Positions 12,195-24,749 of a stretch of DNA of 45,959 bases are shown piece after piece. The position numbers were made by a program, and so were the translations under genes. Source of the stretch: Octopus bimaculoides (taxonomy: Eukaryota); the NCBI RefSeq assembly GCF_001194135.2, contig NC_068993.1, positions 28,391,864 to 28,437,822 of the forward strand. Reading direction: 5' to 3'. The notes beneath the pieces are model-generated. The model ran no database searches and was not told the origin of the DNA. It saw nothing but the letters and a program-made list of their open reading frames with translations. Each line of letters begins with the position of its first letter. Positions within the stretch are counted from its first letter, which is position 1.

Positions 12195-14140
12195 ATTTAA
12201 ACTCTTTTCCTGAGCTGATCGACCTAAATTTCCATGTGAGTAATCGTTGTAGAGTGCTATGAGGCAGTTCATCAATACTACCAGTTTTTGCTCGTCCTCG
12301 ACATTTACTGCCAGACAAACACAAGGCTACGAAAGCCAAATTCGACCACATGCTGCAGCTGGGGTTTATTCATCCTTCAACAAGCCCTTGGTCTTCACCT
12401 CTTCATTTAATTCGAAAAGGATCTACTGGTTTTCGTCCAGTTAAGGACTACAAGAAGTTAAATGCTATTACACTACCGGATAGATACCCCATTATGCACC
12501 TGACGGATTTTTCTTCCACCTTGTATGGATGCGCCATTTTTAACCTCACCTGGGCATATCATCAAAAACCTGGATGACATACCAAAAACTGCTGTCACTA
12601 CACCTTTTGGTTCCTTTGAATTTCTTTCCATCTCTTTTGGTTTGTGGAATGCCGCTAGCACATTCCAGAGGTTTATAGATGAAGTCTTTCGTGGTCTGGA
12701 CTTCGCCTATGCTTATATAGATAACTTACTCAGTGCCAGTTCTTCAAAGGAAGAACATATTCAGCATTTAATGCTACTTTTCCAGCGTCTCAGTGACTAC
12801 CAAGTGGAAATTAACTATGCCAAGTGTGTATTTGGCTCTTCACCTTTGGAATTTTGAGGTCACATCATTGATCACGACGGTATTTGACCCATTCCGAAGA
12901 AGGTACAAGCTATTCAGAATCTTCTTGCTCCCACTTCTCTTAAGCAGCTTCACCGTTTCTTGGAATTGGTAAATTTTTACCAATATTTTATCCCATACTG
13001 TGTGGAAAAATTGGTCCTCCTCACTAATCTCTTGAAGGACCGCAAGAAAAAGAATAAGGTTATTTCCCTTTCACCGTCACTTACCGAGATTTTTGAAACT
13101 GTCAAAAATGAGCTTGCTAAAGTATCGTTATTGGCACACCCCAAATCTGATGAAAGGCTTTCGCTTGCTGTTGATACATTTGATTCAGCTGTTGGTGCTG
13201 TTTTACAGCAACCTCATGAAGAAAATCTGCAACCTTTGGCATTCTATTCTCGCCAGTCGAGACACGCTATAGCACTTTTGGCAGAGAACTGTTAGCGATT
13301 TACCTAGCTGTCAAACACTTGTGTCATTTTCTCGAGGGAAGAGATTTCACTATATTTACAGATCATAAACCTCTTACTTTCGCCTTACATTCAAAGTCAG
13401 ATAAATACTTGCCTAGAGAGACACGGCATCCTGATTTTATCTTTCAATTTTGTAGCGATATCCAGCATATCTCCGGCTCCCATAATGTGGTTGCTGATGG
13501 TTTATTGTCTACCAGCCTGTTTGTTGTCATCTACTTCTTCCATTGACTTGATTGCATTAGCTGCTGACCAACCTTCTTTAGCTTCATTGGACACTTCGTC
13601 TGTTGAATTTGCAAATTGTAAATTCAACCACCTACCTTTGTTAACTGCTGACCAAGATATTTTATGTGATGTTTCTACAGGTTCACCTCGTCCTTTCGTT
13701 CCTGAATCTCATTGTCGGACTGTTTTTAGCACTTTGCACACCTTGTGGCATCCTGGCATAGTGTCTTCAGTAAAGCTTATTATGGCTCATTTTTTTCTGG
13801 CCGAATTTGCGACGGAATATTACTGCTTGTTTGCTACTTGGACTCATGTGTTCCTTAGGGATGACTCTGTGAGAAGTTCTCTCATACAACCATATAAAGG
13901 GCCCTATCGTGTCCTTTCACAAACAGACAAACTCTTCACCATAGACATTCAGGGTAGAAAAGAAACAGTGTCTACTGACAAGGTGACATGTGCTTTTGCT
14001 GAGGCCTTCACTCCAGAGCCAAACATTCCTCTCCAAAACACCACAACAAACTACAAGCACCGTACCCACGCAATCATCACCTTCAAAAGCGAATGCACCT
14101 TTCCCTTCATCAATACTTGTCATGACGACCGTCCATGGGT
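12195..14140 (+). mobile_element. Gypsy/Ty3 pol remnant (RT, RNase H, integrase Zn-binding and C-terminal parts; integrase catalytic core deleted)
   Basis: FDHMLQLGFIHPSTSPWSSPLHLIRK, DRYPI, FGLWNAASTFQRFID, YAYIDN, LAVDTFDSAVGAVLQQ, FTDHKPL, HTLWHPG, PYKGPYRV; motif style recalled as CsRn1/Boudicca-like clade. Confidence 0.92.
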
Positions 14141-14190
14141 AAATAGATACAATATCTTAGATATATACATGCAAATATAAACATACCTAT

Positions 14191-14562
14191 GTTGTTGGCA
14201 CTCCGTCACTTACGATGTCGAAGGTTCTGGTTGATCCGATCAACGGAACAGCCTGCTTGTGAAATTAACGTGCAAGTGGCTGAGCACTCCACAGGCATGT
14301 GTACCCTTAACGTAGTTCTCGGGGATATTCAGCGTGACAGTATGACAAGGCTGACCCTTTGAATTACAGGCACAACAGAAACAGGAAGTAAGAGTGAGAG
14401 AAAGTTGTGGTGAAAGAGTACAGCAGGATTCTCCACCATCCCCTGCCGGAGCTTTAGGTGTTTTCGCTCAATAAACACTCACAACACCTGGTCTGGGAAT
14501 CAAAACCGCGATCCTATGACCGTGAGTCCTCTGCCCTAACCACTGGGCCACTGCGCCTCCAC
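14191..14562 (-). mobile_element. SINE family D, full length, 12-bp TSD
   Basis: Reverse complement of 31986-32374; AAACATACCTAT at 14179-14190 and 14563-14574. Confidence 0.9.
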
Positions 14563-15133
14563 AAACATACCTATACTTATGTACAAGCACACACAATCAC
14601 ATAAACTTGTATACACACACATATATACGTATAATCTTACAANNNNNNNNNNNNNNNNNNNNNNNNNNNNNNNNNNNNNNNNNNNNNNNNNNNNNNNNNN
14701 NNNNNNNNNNNNNNNNNNNNNNNNNNNNNNNNNNNNNNNNNNNNNNNNNNNNNNNNNNNNNNNNNNNNNNNNNNNACACATATATATATATAAGTGTTTT
14801 CTCAGTGTTTACAAATAACAAAAAATAAATCAATAGTTACCAGGATACCAAAAATTCACACAAGTACCAAGGATGTAACAGCCTACTTATAAAGATAGAA
14901 ACTCCAGGTTTAGGTGAAATGTTTTTGAATTATATAGATAAATAATGGGGTTAAACATAGGTGTTATTTAAATCTTTTTAGTTTTATATTAGTTTTCTGC
15001 TAATTTCTTTCTTTCTCCTCCTTGACGTTGTATCTACAAACGGTTTTTAAAAAAACTTGCTAGCTTTCCTTTCATCATATACGCAGTCATCACATTCTGT
15101 TAAAATGTCTTATTGATGTGTTTGGTTTCTTTC

Positions 15134-15221
15134 TTTCCCTGATGAGAAGATTGCATTATTTTACACCATTTTATTCCAACTGGAATAATACCAATGTTTT
15201 CTTCGAAACATATGTCAGAAA
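15134..15221 (+). ncRNA. Minimal type I hammerhead ribozyme motif, probably in a Penelope pseudo-LTR or retrozyme remnant
   Basis: CTGATGA (15139), stem II GAAGA/TCTTC, GAAAC-ATAT-GTC cleavage triplet (C15216), stem I TTTCC/AGAAA with one C.A mismatch. Confidence 0.7.
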
Positions 15222-15283
15222 TAAAAAGATTTAAATAACACCTGCGTTTAAGTCCATATATATATATATATGAATCTAGATCC

Positions 15284-15323
<40 letters not shown>

Positions 15324-15439
15324 TACTTATATGTGCATGTATATATATACACACATAGCTACTCACACGCTAAAATACACATACATCTACACATATGCAC
15401 ATACATATAAACCTATGTACATTCATACAACTATATATA

Positions 15440-15640
15440 TCTATAATATAAATTGAAGTCGGCCGACAGTTTTATTCTTTCTTGTCTTGAGGTTCACGCC
15501 CAAACGGCTGGGTGGATTCGCGTGAAAAATGGCACATATGTGGAGACGGGTACATAAATTGGAACGCGCTTTCTATTTTTTCCTAGCCCCCATACTTACA
15601 GAGAAAATCGATTAAAACAACCTGCGTGTATGTGAGTGTG
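15440..15640 (+). mobile_element. Probable 5' end of a non-autonomous Helitron
   Basis: A|TCTATAATATAAA start; cacgcccaaacggctgggtggattcgcgtgaaaaatggcacat resembles recalled Helitron-derived repeat motifs. Confidence 0.45.
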
Positions 15641-16319
15641 TGTCACTGAAGCCATTCATACATATATACATATTAATAAATATATAAACTGAATGATAAA
15701 TTTCAGTTATCTCTCTCTCTCTCTCATATACACATATACCATCAACATTACTCTCTCTGTCGTGCACACCCCATCAAACATACACACTCACACACACACA
15801 CAGTCATACGCACGCACATCAATTCTCCCCTCTCACCACANNNNNNNNNNNNNNNNNNNNNNNNNNNNNNNNNNNNNNNNNNNNNNNNNNNNNNNNNNNN
15901 NNNNNNNNNNNNNNNNNNNNNNNNNNNNNNNNNNNNNNNNNNNNNNNNNNNNNNNNNNNNNNNNNNNNNNNNNNNNNNNNNNNNNNNNNNNNNNNNNNNN
16001 NNNNNNNNNNNNNNNNNNNNNNNNNNNNNNNNNNNNNNNNNNNNNNNNNNNNNNNNNNNNNNNNNNNNNNNNNNNNNNNNNNNNNNNNNNNNNNNNNNNN
16101 NNNNNNNNNNNNNNNNNNNNNNNNNNNNNNNNNNNNNNNNNNNNNNNNNNNNNNNNNNNNNNNNNNNNNNNNNNNNNNNNNNNNNNNNNNNNNNNNNNNN
16201 NNNNNNNNNNNNNNNNNNNATAACATTTTAAAAACTGCTTACAAAAATTGCGATTAATGTATAATTTCTTTCTATGTTCATAATTAAATAAATCTTTTAA
16301 TGATTAGACAGACGTCCAA

Positions 16320-17100
16320 TAGAATAGCTCTCACAAACAGACTACGTACAACTTCTTTCTTCACAACTCCTGAAGCCATTTTTGACAGTAACTTCGGATA
16401 TTTCTACCTGGACTCACGTGTTTGTAAGAAATGATGCCATCAAAAGACCGCTCTCACCTCCCTACACTGGACCCTATCACATTCTTAGAAGCACACCGAA
16501 ACTGTTCACTGTAGACATTCACAGAAAAAAGAGACTGTCTCTATCGACAGAGTAAAAAAAAGCCTTTTCCGAAACATTTATGTCACTTGCTGAAACAACC
16601 ATCATTCCACAAACACTGTCACCCCACCCCTATAAGCACCACCTCCACTTACCAAAACATCAACCACACAAATGCTGACCCATCACAAGCTACTGAAGAA
16701 CAAAATTCTAATATTAATTTGAAAGACATTGGAATGTGACCTGCTAAGTTTAGGACACGTTCTGGCAGAAGAAGATTGGCTGAAGAAACTGTCTCAGACT
16801 ATTTACATTGCTTAACTTTGCTTCGCCAGTGACTGTTCCGGAGAATAGACTCATGTTGTTATAGACACCACATTCATATTTTCTCTCTTTCTGTATCATT
16901 GTACATATATCTTTTGTTCTATTTGATTGGACACCTTTATTTGCTGAACGTTTCCTTGTACATACTTGCATTATATATATTTTTTCAATTTCAACTGTTT
17001 ATACAGCTGTTTTTGCCATGGTTCGTTTTCTGTGCCCTCCTAGTACACACTCCACCTACACTTCTTTTAATCGACCACTTCCGGTCTAATGGGGGGGGGG
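16320..17100 (+). mobile_element. Second Gypsy remnant: integrase C-terminus, 3' UTR and polypurine tract
   Basis: TWTHVFVRNDAIKRPLSPPYTGPYHILRSTPKLFTVDIHRKKETVSIDRVKK, TRSGR motif at ~16755, G10 PPT at 17091-17100. Confidence 0.8.
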
Positions 17101-17104
17101 ACTC

Positions 17105-17364
17105 TGTAGGCGCAGTTACACCCTTTGAGAGCAGGATTAAACAAACTGGCACTAGATGGCGTTAGAGTGTGAGATCCTGGTACGAGCCCTCAGGACTTTC
17201 TCTTTCTGCATCGAGACACGAGACTATGAAGACGTAACCTAATGGGTTCTCTCTCACACCACATGCCAGTAGCAAATAGGAGCTAACGCACGGAAGACCA
17301 TGGCCTCCAAGCATCAGACCATTTTCATAATATCATTCAGCTTCTGTATATACGTGTGGCCACA
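17105..17364 (+). mobile_element. 3' LTR of the second Gypsy element (260 bp)
   Basis: Starts TGTAGG 4 nt after the PPT and ends GGCCACA; no partner LTR in the window. Confidence 0.7.
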
Positions 17365-17710
17365 TTAAAAGTACTTAAAGTCACAGCCTTGTTTATGTAT
17401 TCTTTATACCGAGTTTCCTGTCAAATGATATTACAGCCTTCTGAGTAGAGTCACATTAGCTGGCTCAACAACATATCCATCTATATGGGCATATACCATT
17501 TTCATCATCTCTTAGAATGTGTTCGCTCCTTTGTACACCCTGATTCTATCGTACTGTGTGTAACCGGAACGTTGTATTGAGGATATGTAGTGTTGTGTGT
17601 GTTGTTGTCGCTCTTATAGTTGGCATAGTGGGGATAGGTTCCTCATTACTCTGAGTCTGCCATGAGGATGTTGATTTAGGTAGTACCTGACACCGCTGAG
17701 TCACTACGGA

Positions 17711-18790
17711 CATTGGCGTACCAAGATGGGATGGGAGGGTGATCCACCCCGGGCAGCACAATTTATCTGTATTAATATATCATTAATAAAAATGCAGTAT
17801 AAATATTATAGACTTTAATAATGTAAAGTAGCTATTAAAATTACCTTAAAATTTAAACTTATCATCAATAAACTTGTATTGTGTGTTAATATTGTGTAAT
17901 ATATGGTGTAATATTGTTAATACAGTAATATTGTGTGACAGTGTGTCTATGATATCCAGAGAGTTGATTATTTTTTAAGTTGGTCTATACTCTATTTGAT
18001 TTTATTCATGTAAATTTATGATATCACTAATTTGAGATGAAGCGAATTAGGACAGCAGTGTAGCATTTTGAAAAAAAAAAAAGTGAGAGAAACGAGAGAA
18101 GGAGAAGAAAGGAGAAATGAAGGTGCCATAATTAAATTTCTGACTGTCCAGGCGAAACTGGTATTACTGTAGAAGGTCATGGAGATGATGTTGGTAATGA
18201 AGTGCAACTTGAAAAGAAGATAGATGAAGTTGATGATGCTGATCCACCACAAGCTACTGAAGAACAAAACTCTAATATTAATTTGAAAGACATTAGAATG
18301 TGGCCTGCTAAGTTTAATCATGGATTCGGGAAATCCTTGTACAACAAAGATCGAAGGCTGTGCAAAATATTGACTGTGAATTCAAAGAAGTTGTACATCC
18401 ATGACAGGTAACATAACTGAAAGGGGAGACTAGAAGACTGTCAAAAAACTGGTTTTTTGAACTTTACAAAACGAGGAAAAAATTTTGAGAATTTGGATGA
18501 TATACTCTCCACTGAAAGAAGCCATGTTTTGTTTTGTTTTTGTAAGCTATTTTCAAGTTAAAACTCAAAGTTTTACTCAGATGATGGTTTCAAATCTTGG
18601 TGGAAGTTGAATCCTAAGATACAAGAACATGAATCTAGCACTGCGCATGAGAATGCATTCACTCAGTGGAAAGAACTAGAAATTCGCCTTTCCAAAGGTA
18701 AGGTAATAGACAGAGAACAACAAACTCTTGCTGAAAATGAAACAATGAAATGGAAGTGAATCCTGACTATATTCTTGGACATAATTTATC
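17711..18790 (+). mobile_element. hAT element remnant: putative left end plus N-terminal TTF zinc-finger transposase
   Basis: CATTGGCGTA terminus-like start; WMIYSPLKEAMFCFVFCKLF...DGFKSWWKLNPKIQEHESSTAHENAFTQWKELEIRL. Confidence 0.8.
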
Positions 18791-18859
18791 ATTTTTTTGA
18801 CAGGACAAAGAAAATTTCTTCGTGCCTGTCGGTCTGTGGTGGTTCAGATGAGCGAGAAT

Positions 18860-19200
18860 CCTTAGATTTGCCACATCGCTGTTAGTTTTTACAACATCAA
18901 TTCTGCAAGACGATTTAGTGGTAGACGGGAACTAGAGAAAAAGGAATCCCGTCTAATACTCCGAAACCATTTGTACACAGAACACTTCCACATTTTTCCT
19001 TCAGAGACTTGATGCTGCTTTACCAAGACCATAGCTTGGTTACAGCAATCCAAGGAATTGTGGATTAATCCCAAATACGCCAGGAATCGGATAGTTGAAC
19101 CCATATCATTTATTATGACACAAATTTCATCCAGAAGGTAGTCCCTTTCGACCATATCATTAATGTTAATAACCATTTCAACAATCCGATGTCATCCAGC
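18860..19200 (-). mobile_element. Merlin (IS1016/ISXO2-like) transposase N-terminal fragment
   Basis: IRFLAYLGLIHNSLDCCNQAMVLVKQHQVSEGKMWKC...RSIRRDSFFSSSRLPL matches the recalled Merlin N-terminal Cys / W-R/K-C / SIR..SFF pattern. Confidence 0.7.
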
Positions 19201-19404
19201 CATTTAGAATTAAAGTGGTAGAGTTTGATGTGGGCGTGTAAAAGTTAAATTATGAACTTGCAAGACGTGTCCAAGAGTTCGTTGGAAAAGTTTTGCTGGC
19301 TCAGAAAACCACGTGTGCAAAATGCTTAACAAATCAAACCGTTCAGAAAAGAAGAAGAATCAGTGAAGAACCGTTGCGTATAGTCAAAATCTTCCTTTTA
19401 AGAA

Positions 19405-19605
19405 AAAACATTTAACAACAAGACTTCTTTTTTCTCTCTCTTCTTTAAAAACATTTAACAACAACAGACAGTTTTTCTTCTCTTTTTTTCCTTTCTTTTT
19501 CTGTTAAAACATTTACCAACAGACAATTCTTTGGAGAGTTCTTTCTTTCTTACTTTCTTTCTTTCTTTCTTTTGTCTTTAAAAACATTTAACGACAACAG
19601 TTTTT
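19405..19605 (+). repeat. Four-unit minisatellite with AAAACATTTAACAACA head and pyrimidine-rich variable spacers
   Basis: Heads at ~19405, 19447, 19506 and 19580. Confidence 0.85.
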
Positions 19606-20091
19606 TTTCATTTACCTCTGTAATGGCCGTGTTGTTCGCGCCTGTTGTTTTCTTCTGCACTTTAGCTTCTCTGCATAGAAACTGCTAGTTGGCTGATCTC
19701 TCTCGCTGTGCCCTCGCAACTTAAGGGCTATCTGTATATATCAGGTGATGCAGTCAGAAAGTGCGTGTTTACTTTTGAAACTGAGTTACTCTGTCATTGA
19801 TTTAAACTTTCCATGACCGTAAAGGTCAAGAGATCAAGTACCTACAGCTATAAAGAAACCGTGCTTTCTGACAAGACAATAGAAATCTCACTGACATGAC
19901 TAACCAGAGCACTGTTTCAAACCTAGCTAATGGCAAAGGGATATTTCTCAATATCACCCCCTCCCTATGTTGAATACTTTTTATTTCCTGTTTTAAAAAA
20001 AAAAATTTGAAACCAGAGAGCGATGTTCACGTCGTGTGAACGTGAAATCACTAGGATATATTCCACCCTGCCATTCGTAACAATATATATA

Positions 20092-20830
20092 CTAGCAAAC
20101 GCACCCATCCTTTGGACGGTTTAAGTTGCTTTTGTGATATTTTTTTCACTTTGTTCCAGGTTCCACCTGAGCTCAACGAGCCATTTGCTCAGTGGTATCT
20201 CACATGAAATAAATTTGAAGGAATCGGTATTCAGCGTTGTTGACAGGAAGAATAGAGCCTATCCGATGATAGGTTTGGCCCTGAATTTTTAACGTTGGCC
20301 TATAGGAGTCTTCATGAATGGGTTTGTGACCGAAACTTATCATCTGGAAGGCAGAGTTATAAGCACAAATTTTCTGTATAAATTGCTACGAATCAGAGTG
20401 TTGACCAAGGAGTAAAGGGAGGAAAGGCTGAGAAGTATTTTGTAGGTCAGGCAAGCGAACCTTTCCGTTTGAGCAGCATAGGCCACTGGATTCTCCAATC
20501 TACTTGAGGGGCCTTGCAAAATGGACATATTATAGACATATCCCCTGTAATAGTCTCTTAATGAATAGTGTAATCCTCAGCAGGATCATAGTGGACTGCC
20601 TTTGATACCCATAGACTACTCGATGGCTTCAAATAAACATGGGCAAGAGCCTTCCAGTGAACATTAGACTGAAGTTTCATCATCCAATATTTATCATTTG
20701 CCAACCTCGCAGCAGAAGTGGATGCAGCATTGTGTGCCTGATAGATAGCACTCTTTTGTGGGGTTTCTGCAGTATTGCGTCAGTAGCTCACACTAGATAG
20801 GTTTCATGCAGCTCTTTTCAACAGTCTACA
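20092..20830 (-). mobile_element. Internally deleted Helitron: N-terminal Rep-region fragment joined to the 3' terminus
   Basis: GDMSIICPFCKA..., LCCSNGKVRLPDL, AYNSAFQMISFG, LKIQGQTYHRIGSILP...FLQIYF; subterminal hairpin ccgtcc-aaa-ggatgg and CTAG|T end at 20092. Confidence 0.85.
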
Positions 20831-21099
20831 GGACCTCTGGTCCTCAGTTTCCTTAGTTTGCCAGCACTGCAGTCTTCTGCAGCGGCAGAATTTTTTTACA
20901 GATTTTACCGAACATGCCATCAAAATAGCTGGAAAGAATGACAGATAAAATATCCATATCGAAAGAATGCTATATAGGGCGGGTATTTGAGGACAGTTTT
21001 TGTACATAATAAAACAACTATATTTCAGCATAAATAAATATGCATTTGAATAAACATTTGTGCAATTAGTCTTGATAATGATTTTTAAAGAAAATTATT

Positions 21100-21650
21100 C
21101 TATGAAACCGCCTTCGGCTTTGATGACAGCTTCAATGCAGGACCGAAACTGCTGGCATGCCGACACTATATAGTCTTTATTCATTTTGGACATCACCTGG
21201 ACAATGGTGGCCTTCAGTGAAGCTACGGTATTATAAGGATGACGATTGGTCTCCCTTTCAACAGTGCTTCACATGTAGTAGTCCATGGGGCTCAAATCTG
21301 GTGAGTTTGGAGGCCACATATTGGGTGTTACATAATTGTAAAGATTGTCTGAGAAACATTCTTGGGTGACTAGGGCTTTGTGAGAAGGTGGTTGAGTCTT
21401 GCTGAAACACATATGCTTTTCCATTGTTTACTTCATCAGTCCAGAGGTTGAAAACAGTTTCCAGTATCTCAATGTATCCAACAGCATTAATTCTAAGTTA
21501 GACCCTTTGGAAAAAAAGCAGGAAGTATCATATGACCTTTACTACTCACCACTCCTAAAACTATCACAGTTGCTGGAAATTTCGTGTGCATCACAAAATA
21601 ATTTGAAGGTGTAATGAACTAAAATTGAAATGTCCTCAAATACCCCACAC
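21100..21650 (-). mobile_element. Tc1/mariner transposase C-terminal half, maT (DD37D)-like
   Basis: PSHKALVTQE, VTPNMWPPNSPDLSPMDYY, ERETNRHPYNTVASLKATI, FRSCIEAVIKAEGGFIE*. Confidence 0.8.
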
Positions 21651-21654
21651 ACCT

Positions 21655-21701
<47 letters not shown>

Positions 21702-22944
21702 NNNNNNNNNNNNNNNNNNNNNNNNNNNNNNNNNNNNNNNNNNNNNNNNNNNNNNNNNNNNNNNNNNNNNNNNNNNNNNNNNNNNNNNNNNNNNNNNNNN
21801 NNNNNNNNNNNNNNNNNNNNNNNNNNNNNNNNNNNNNNNNNNNNNNNNNNNNNNNNNNNNNNNNNNNNNNNNNNNNNNNNNNNNNNNNNNNNNNNNNNNN
21901 NNNNNNNNNNNNNNNNNNNNNNNNNNNNNNNNNNNNNNNNNNNNNNNNNNNNNNNNNNNNNNNNNNNNNNNNNNNNNNNNNNNNNNNNNNNNNNNNNNNN
22001 NNNNNNNNNNNNNNNNNNNNNNNNNNNNNNNNNNNNNNNNNNNNNNNNNNNNNNNNNNNNNNNNNNNNNNNNNNNNNNNNNNNNNNNNTATATATGTAGT
22101 GGCTTCATGCAGGCATAGCATGGATTTGATCCTCGATTGCCTAATTTCACTTAACAGCTCAACAGCACTTTTCTCACAGTAAAACAATAGTTCTTTCTGT
22201 GAGTGACAGCAGTTACATTTGCCAGATACCTCCACTAAGCAGAATAATGCCTTTGCCACTTGACCCTTCTAACCTTTTCTGAGCCACCAAAAGCTAGAAC
22301 AGAGATAACAGACTGCCAACGAAATCTATTGTTCACAACAATATGTCTATCCTTCTAGGTGTTTTTGGATAGCTATAAAAACAAGAACTCGGTAAGCCAA
22401 ATCAGTTAAGGAGAACTGAGTCTGGCTGACCGGCTGAACAAAATGCCGTCTCTGACAGAAAAGATACAAAGGGACAACTATGGTAACTCACCAACGAAGC
22501 AGTTGTTTCGTCCCACCACTCTCACTTTCACTAATTCACTATCTTTTCTCTGTAACATTACTATATCTCTATTGTATATACACATATACAGGCTGAAATT
22601 AACTTTCTTAACTTGCATGCTTTACGAATTGTGTTATACTATTACACTAACCTACCTGTCATAGTATGGCAAATATTAAAGTAACAGTAAATAAATATTT
22701 CTTTACAACTTCAATCACTGTTCTTCGTTCATCTTTCACATCTTACAACATGCCGTTATGATAACACACACACACATATGTATATATATATATANNNNNN
22801 NNNNNNNNNNNNNNNNNNNNNNNNNNNNNNNNNNNNNNNNNNNNNNNNNNNNNNNNNNNNNNNNNNNNNNNNNNNNNNNNNNNNNNNNNNNNNNNNNNNN
22901 NNNNNNNNNNNNNNNNNNNNNNNNNNNNNNNNNNNNNNNNNNNN

Positions 22945-23345
22945 TGGCGGGGCTGTGTGGTAAGTAGCTTGCTTACCAACTCATGGTTTTGGATTCAGTC
23001 CCACTGCATGGCACCTTGGGCAAGAGTTTTCTACTATAGCCTCAGACCGACCAAAGCCTTGTGAATGGATTTAGTAGGCAGAAACTGAAAGAAGCCTGTC
23101 ATATATATATATATATATATATATAATGTGTTTGTGTGTGTGTGTATATGTGAGTGTTTGTCCCTCCCACCATTGCTTGACAACCGATGTTGGTGTTTTT
23201 ATGTCCCTATAACTTAGCAGTCAGCAAAAGAGACCGCTAGAATAAGTACTAGGCTTACAAAGAATAAGTCCTGGGGTCGATTCGTTCAAGTAAAAGTGGT
23301 GCTCCAGCATGGCTGCAATCAAATGACTGAAACAAATAAAAAGAA
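22945..23345 (+). mobile_element. SINE family A, full length
   Basis: tRNA-like head (A box, B-box-like ggattcagtccc), CORE-like caccttgggcaag segment, internal TA/TG microsatellite, 3' half. Confidence 0.9.
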
Positions 23346-23359
23346 TATATTTATATGAA

Positions 23360-23578
23360 TAAAGTCTATTTATGTGTCTGTGATTCTCTTCCACTACTGC
23401 TTGACAATATGGTATTGGTTTCTTTACATCCCTATGACTTAGTGGTTTGGCATAAGAGAACAAGAGAATAAGTACTAGGCTTAAAAATAATAAGCACTAG
23501 GGTTGATTTGTTTGACTAAACTCTTCAAGGCAATGCCCCATCATGGCTGCAGTCCAATGACTGAAACAAGTAGAAGTA
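23360..23578 (+). mobile_element. Diverged second family A 3' half in tandem
   Basis: cttgacaat...agaataagtactaggctt...catggctgcagtc...gactgaaacaag. Confidence 0.7.
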
Positions 23579-23881
23579 AAAAAAAAATAGTACAAATACC
23601 TCAATAATGTTCTATATATGAAATTACCATTAGAACAACCATTTTAATCAACAAGTGTGTTAAACTGGAAGAATTATTGGTAATTAGTTCCAGGCCTTAA
23701 TGTTCAGTGTTGAAATGCTACTGAGATTAACTTTGTCATTTTACCTTCTAGAGTTAATAAAATAAAGAACAGTCAAGAACTGGGACCAGTTTAAATTTAG
23801 TGATACTCCTAAATTTTTCTTGTAAAAAACTATGGATGAGAATTCTGAACTTATATTCTTAGCACTTCGTGCATTTTAAAG

Positions 23882-24000
23882 AACAAATAAGGGTGTAACC
23901 CCCAACAACTTATTAGCTTTGAAAGATGTATGGCCACAATGCCATATAAAGCCTATAATTAACAAGATATGTGGTGCAGCCATCATCATATCTGATGCAA
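23882..24000 (+). CDS. Candidate 119-bp exon (TNKGVTPNNLLALKDVWPQCHIKPIINKICGAAIIISDA)
   Basis: Acceptor ttcgtgcattttaaag, open frame, phase 2 in and phase 1 out, moderate A|GTATAA donor; unique-looking sequence. Confidence 0.28.
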
Positions 24001-24749
24001 GTATAAGTTGTAGTCAAAACAATGGCTGTCACTTAGAATCAAGGATGATTGAGTAGGATGTAACCATTCTTTTGCTTATTGTTTGTCCATATAATCAAAA
24101 GTAGGCATAGACAATCTTTTAGTTCTCTTTAACCCAGTGGAACATCCAGAATGTGAGAGCTGGAAAGAGAGATGGTTTTACCAACACTCAGCTGATATTT
24201 TCTTTATTGACCTAGAAAAGATGAAAGGCAATGCTGACCTCAATCTGAAATCAGAGCACACAGAGAGAGTGAAATATCACAACACATTTTATACAACACA
24301 GATAATTAAACCAAATGACTTTCAATAGATGAAGAAATAACAAAACTGGCAGATTGACAGAATGATGCAGTATTTCAGATTTTGAATTTAAACCCCAACA
24401 AGGCCAATTTTGCTTTTCATCCTTCAAGAATTGATAAAATACCAATCAAGCACTGAAGGCAGTTTAATCAATTAGACCCAACTCCAAAATATGCAGCCTT
24501 ATGTCAAGTTAGAAATCAATATTAGGAGTTTATTATTATTAGACATTATAATCACCAATTTTGAAACAGAAAAGTGAAACAAACTCTGCTGATGAAACTC
24601 AAATCACATATCTATTCCTTGTTGTTGGTTGGCACAGTCATTAGAATGTAGGGCAAAATGACTTGTATTTAGTTAGTGGTGTGAGTGAATTATTAACTAA
24701 TGTGATAGCTGCAATGAAAGCATGAGACAGAGACAATGCTGAGCTGGAT

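Noticed and set aside
19405-19605. CRISPR array
   Set aside because: Eukaryotic context, low-complexity spacers of unequal length, no cas genes
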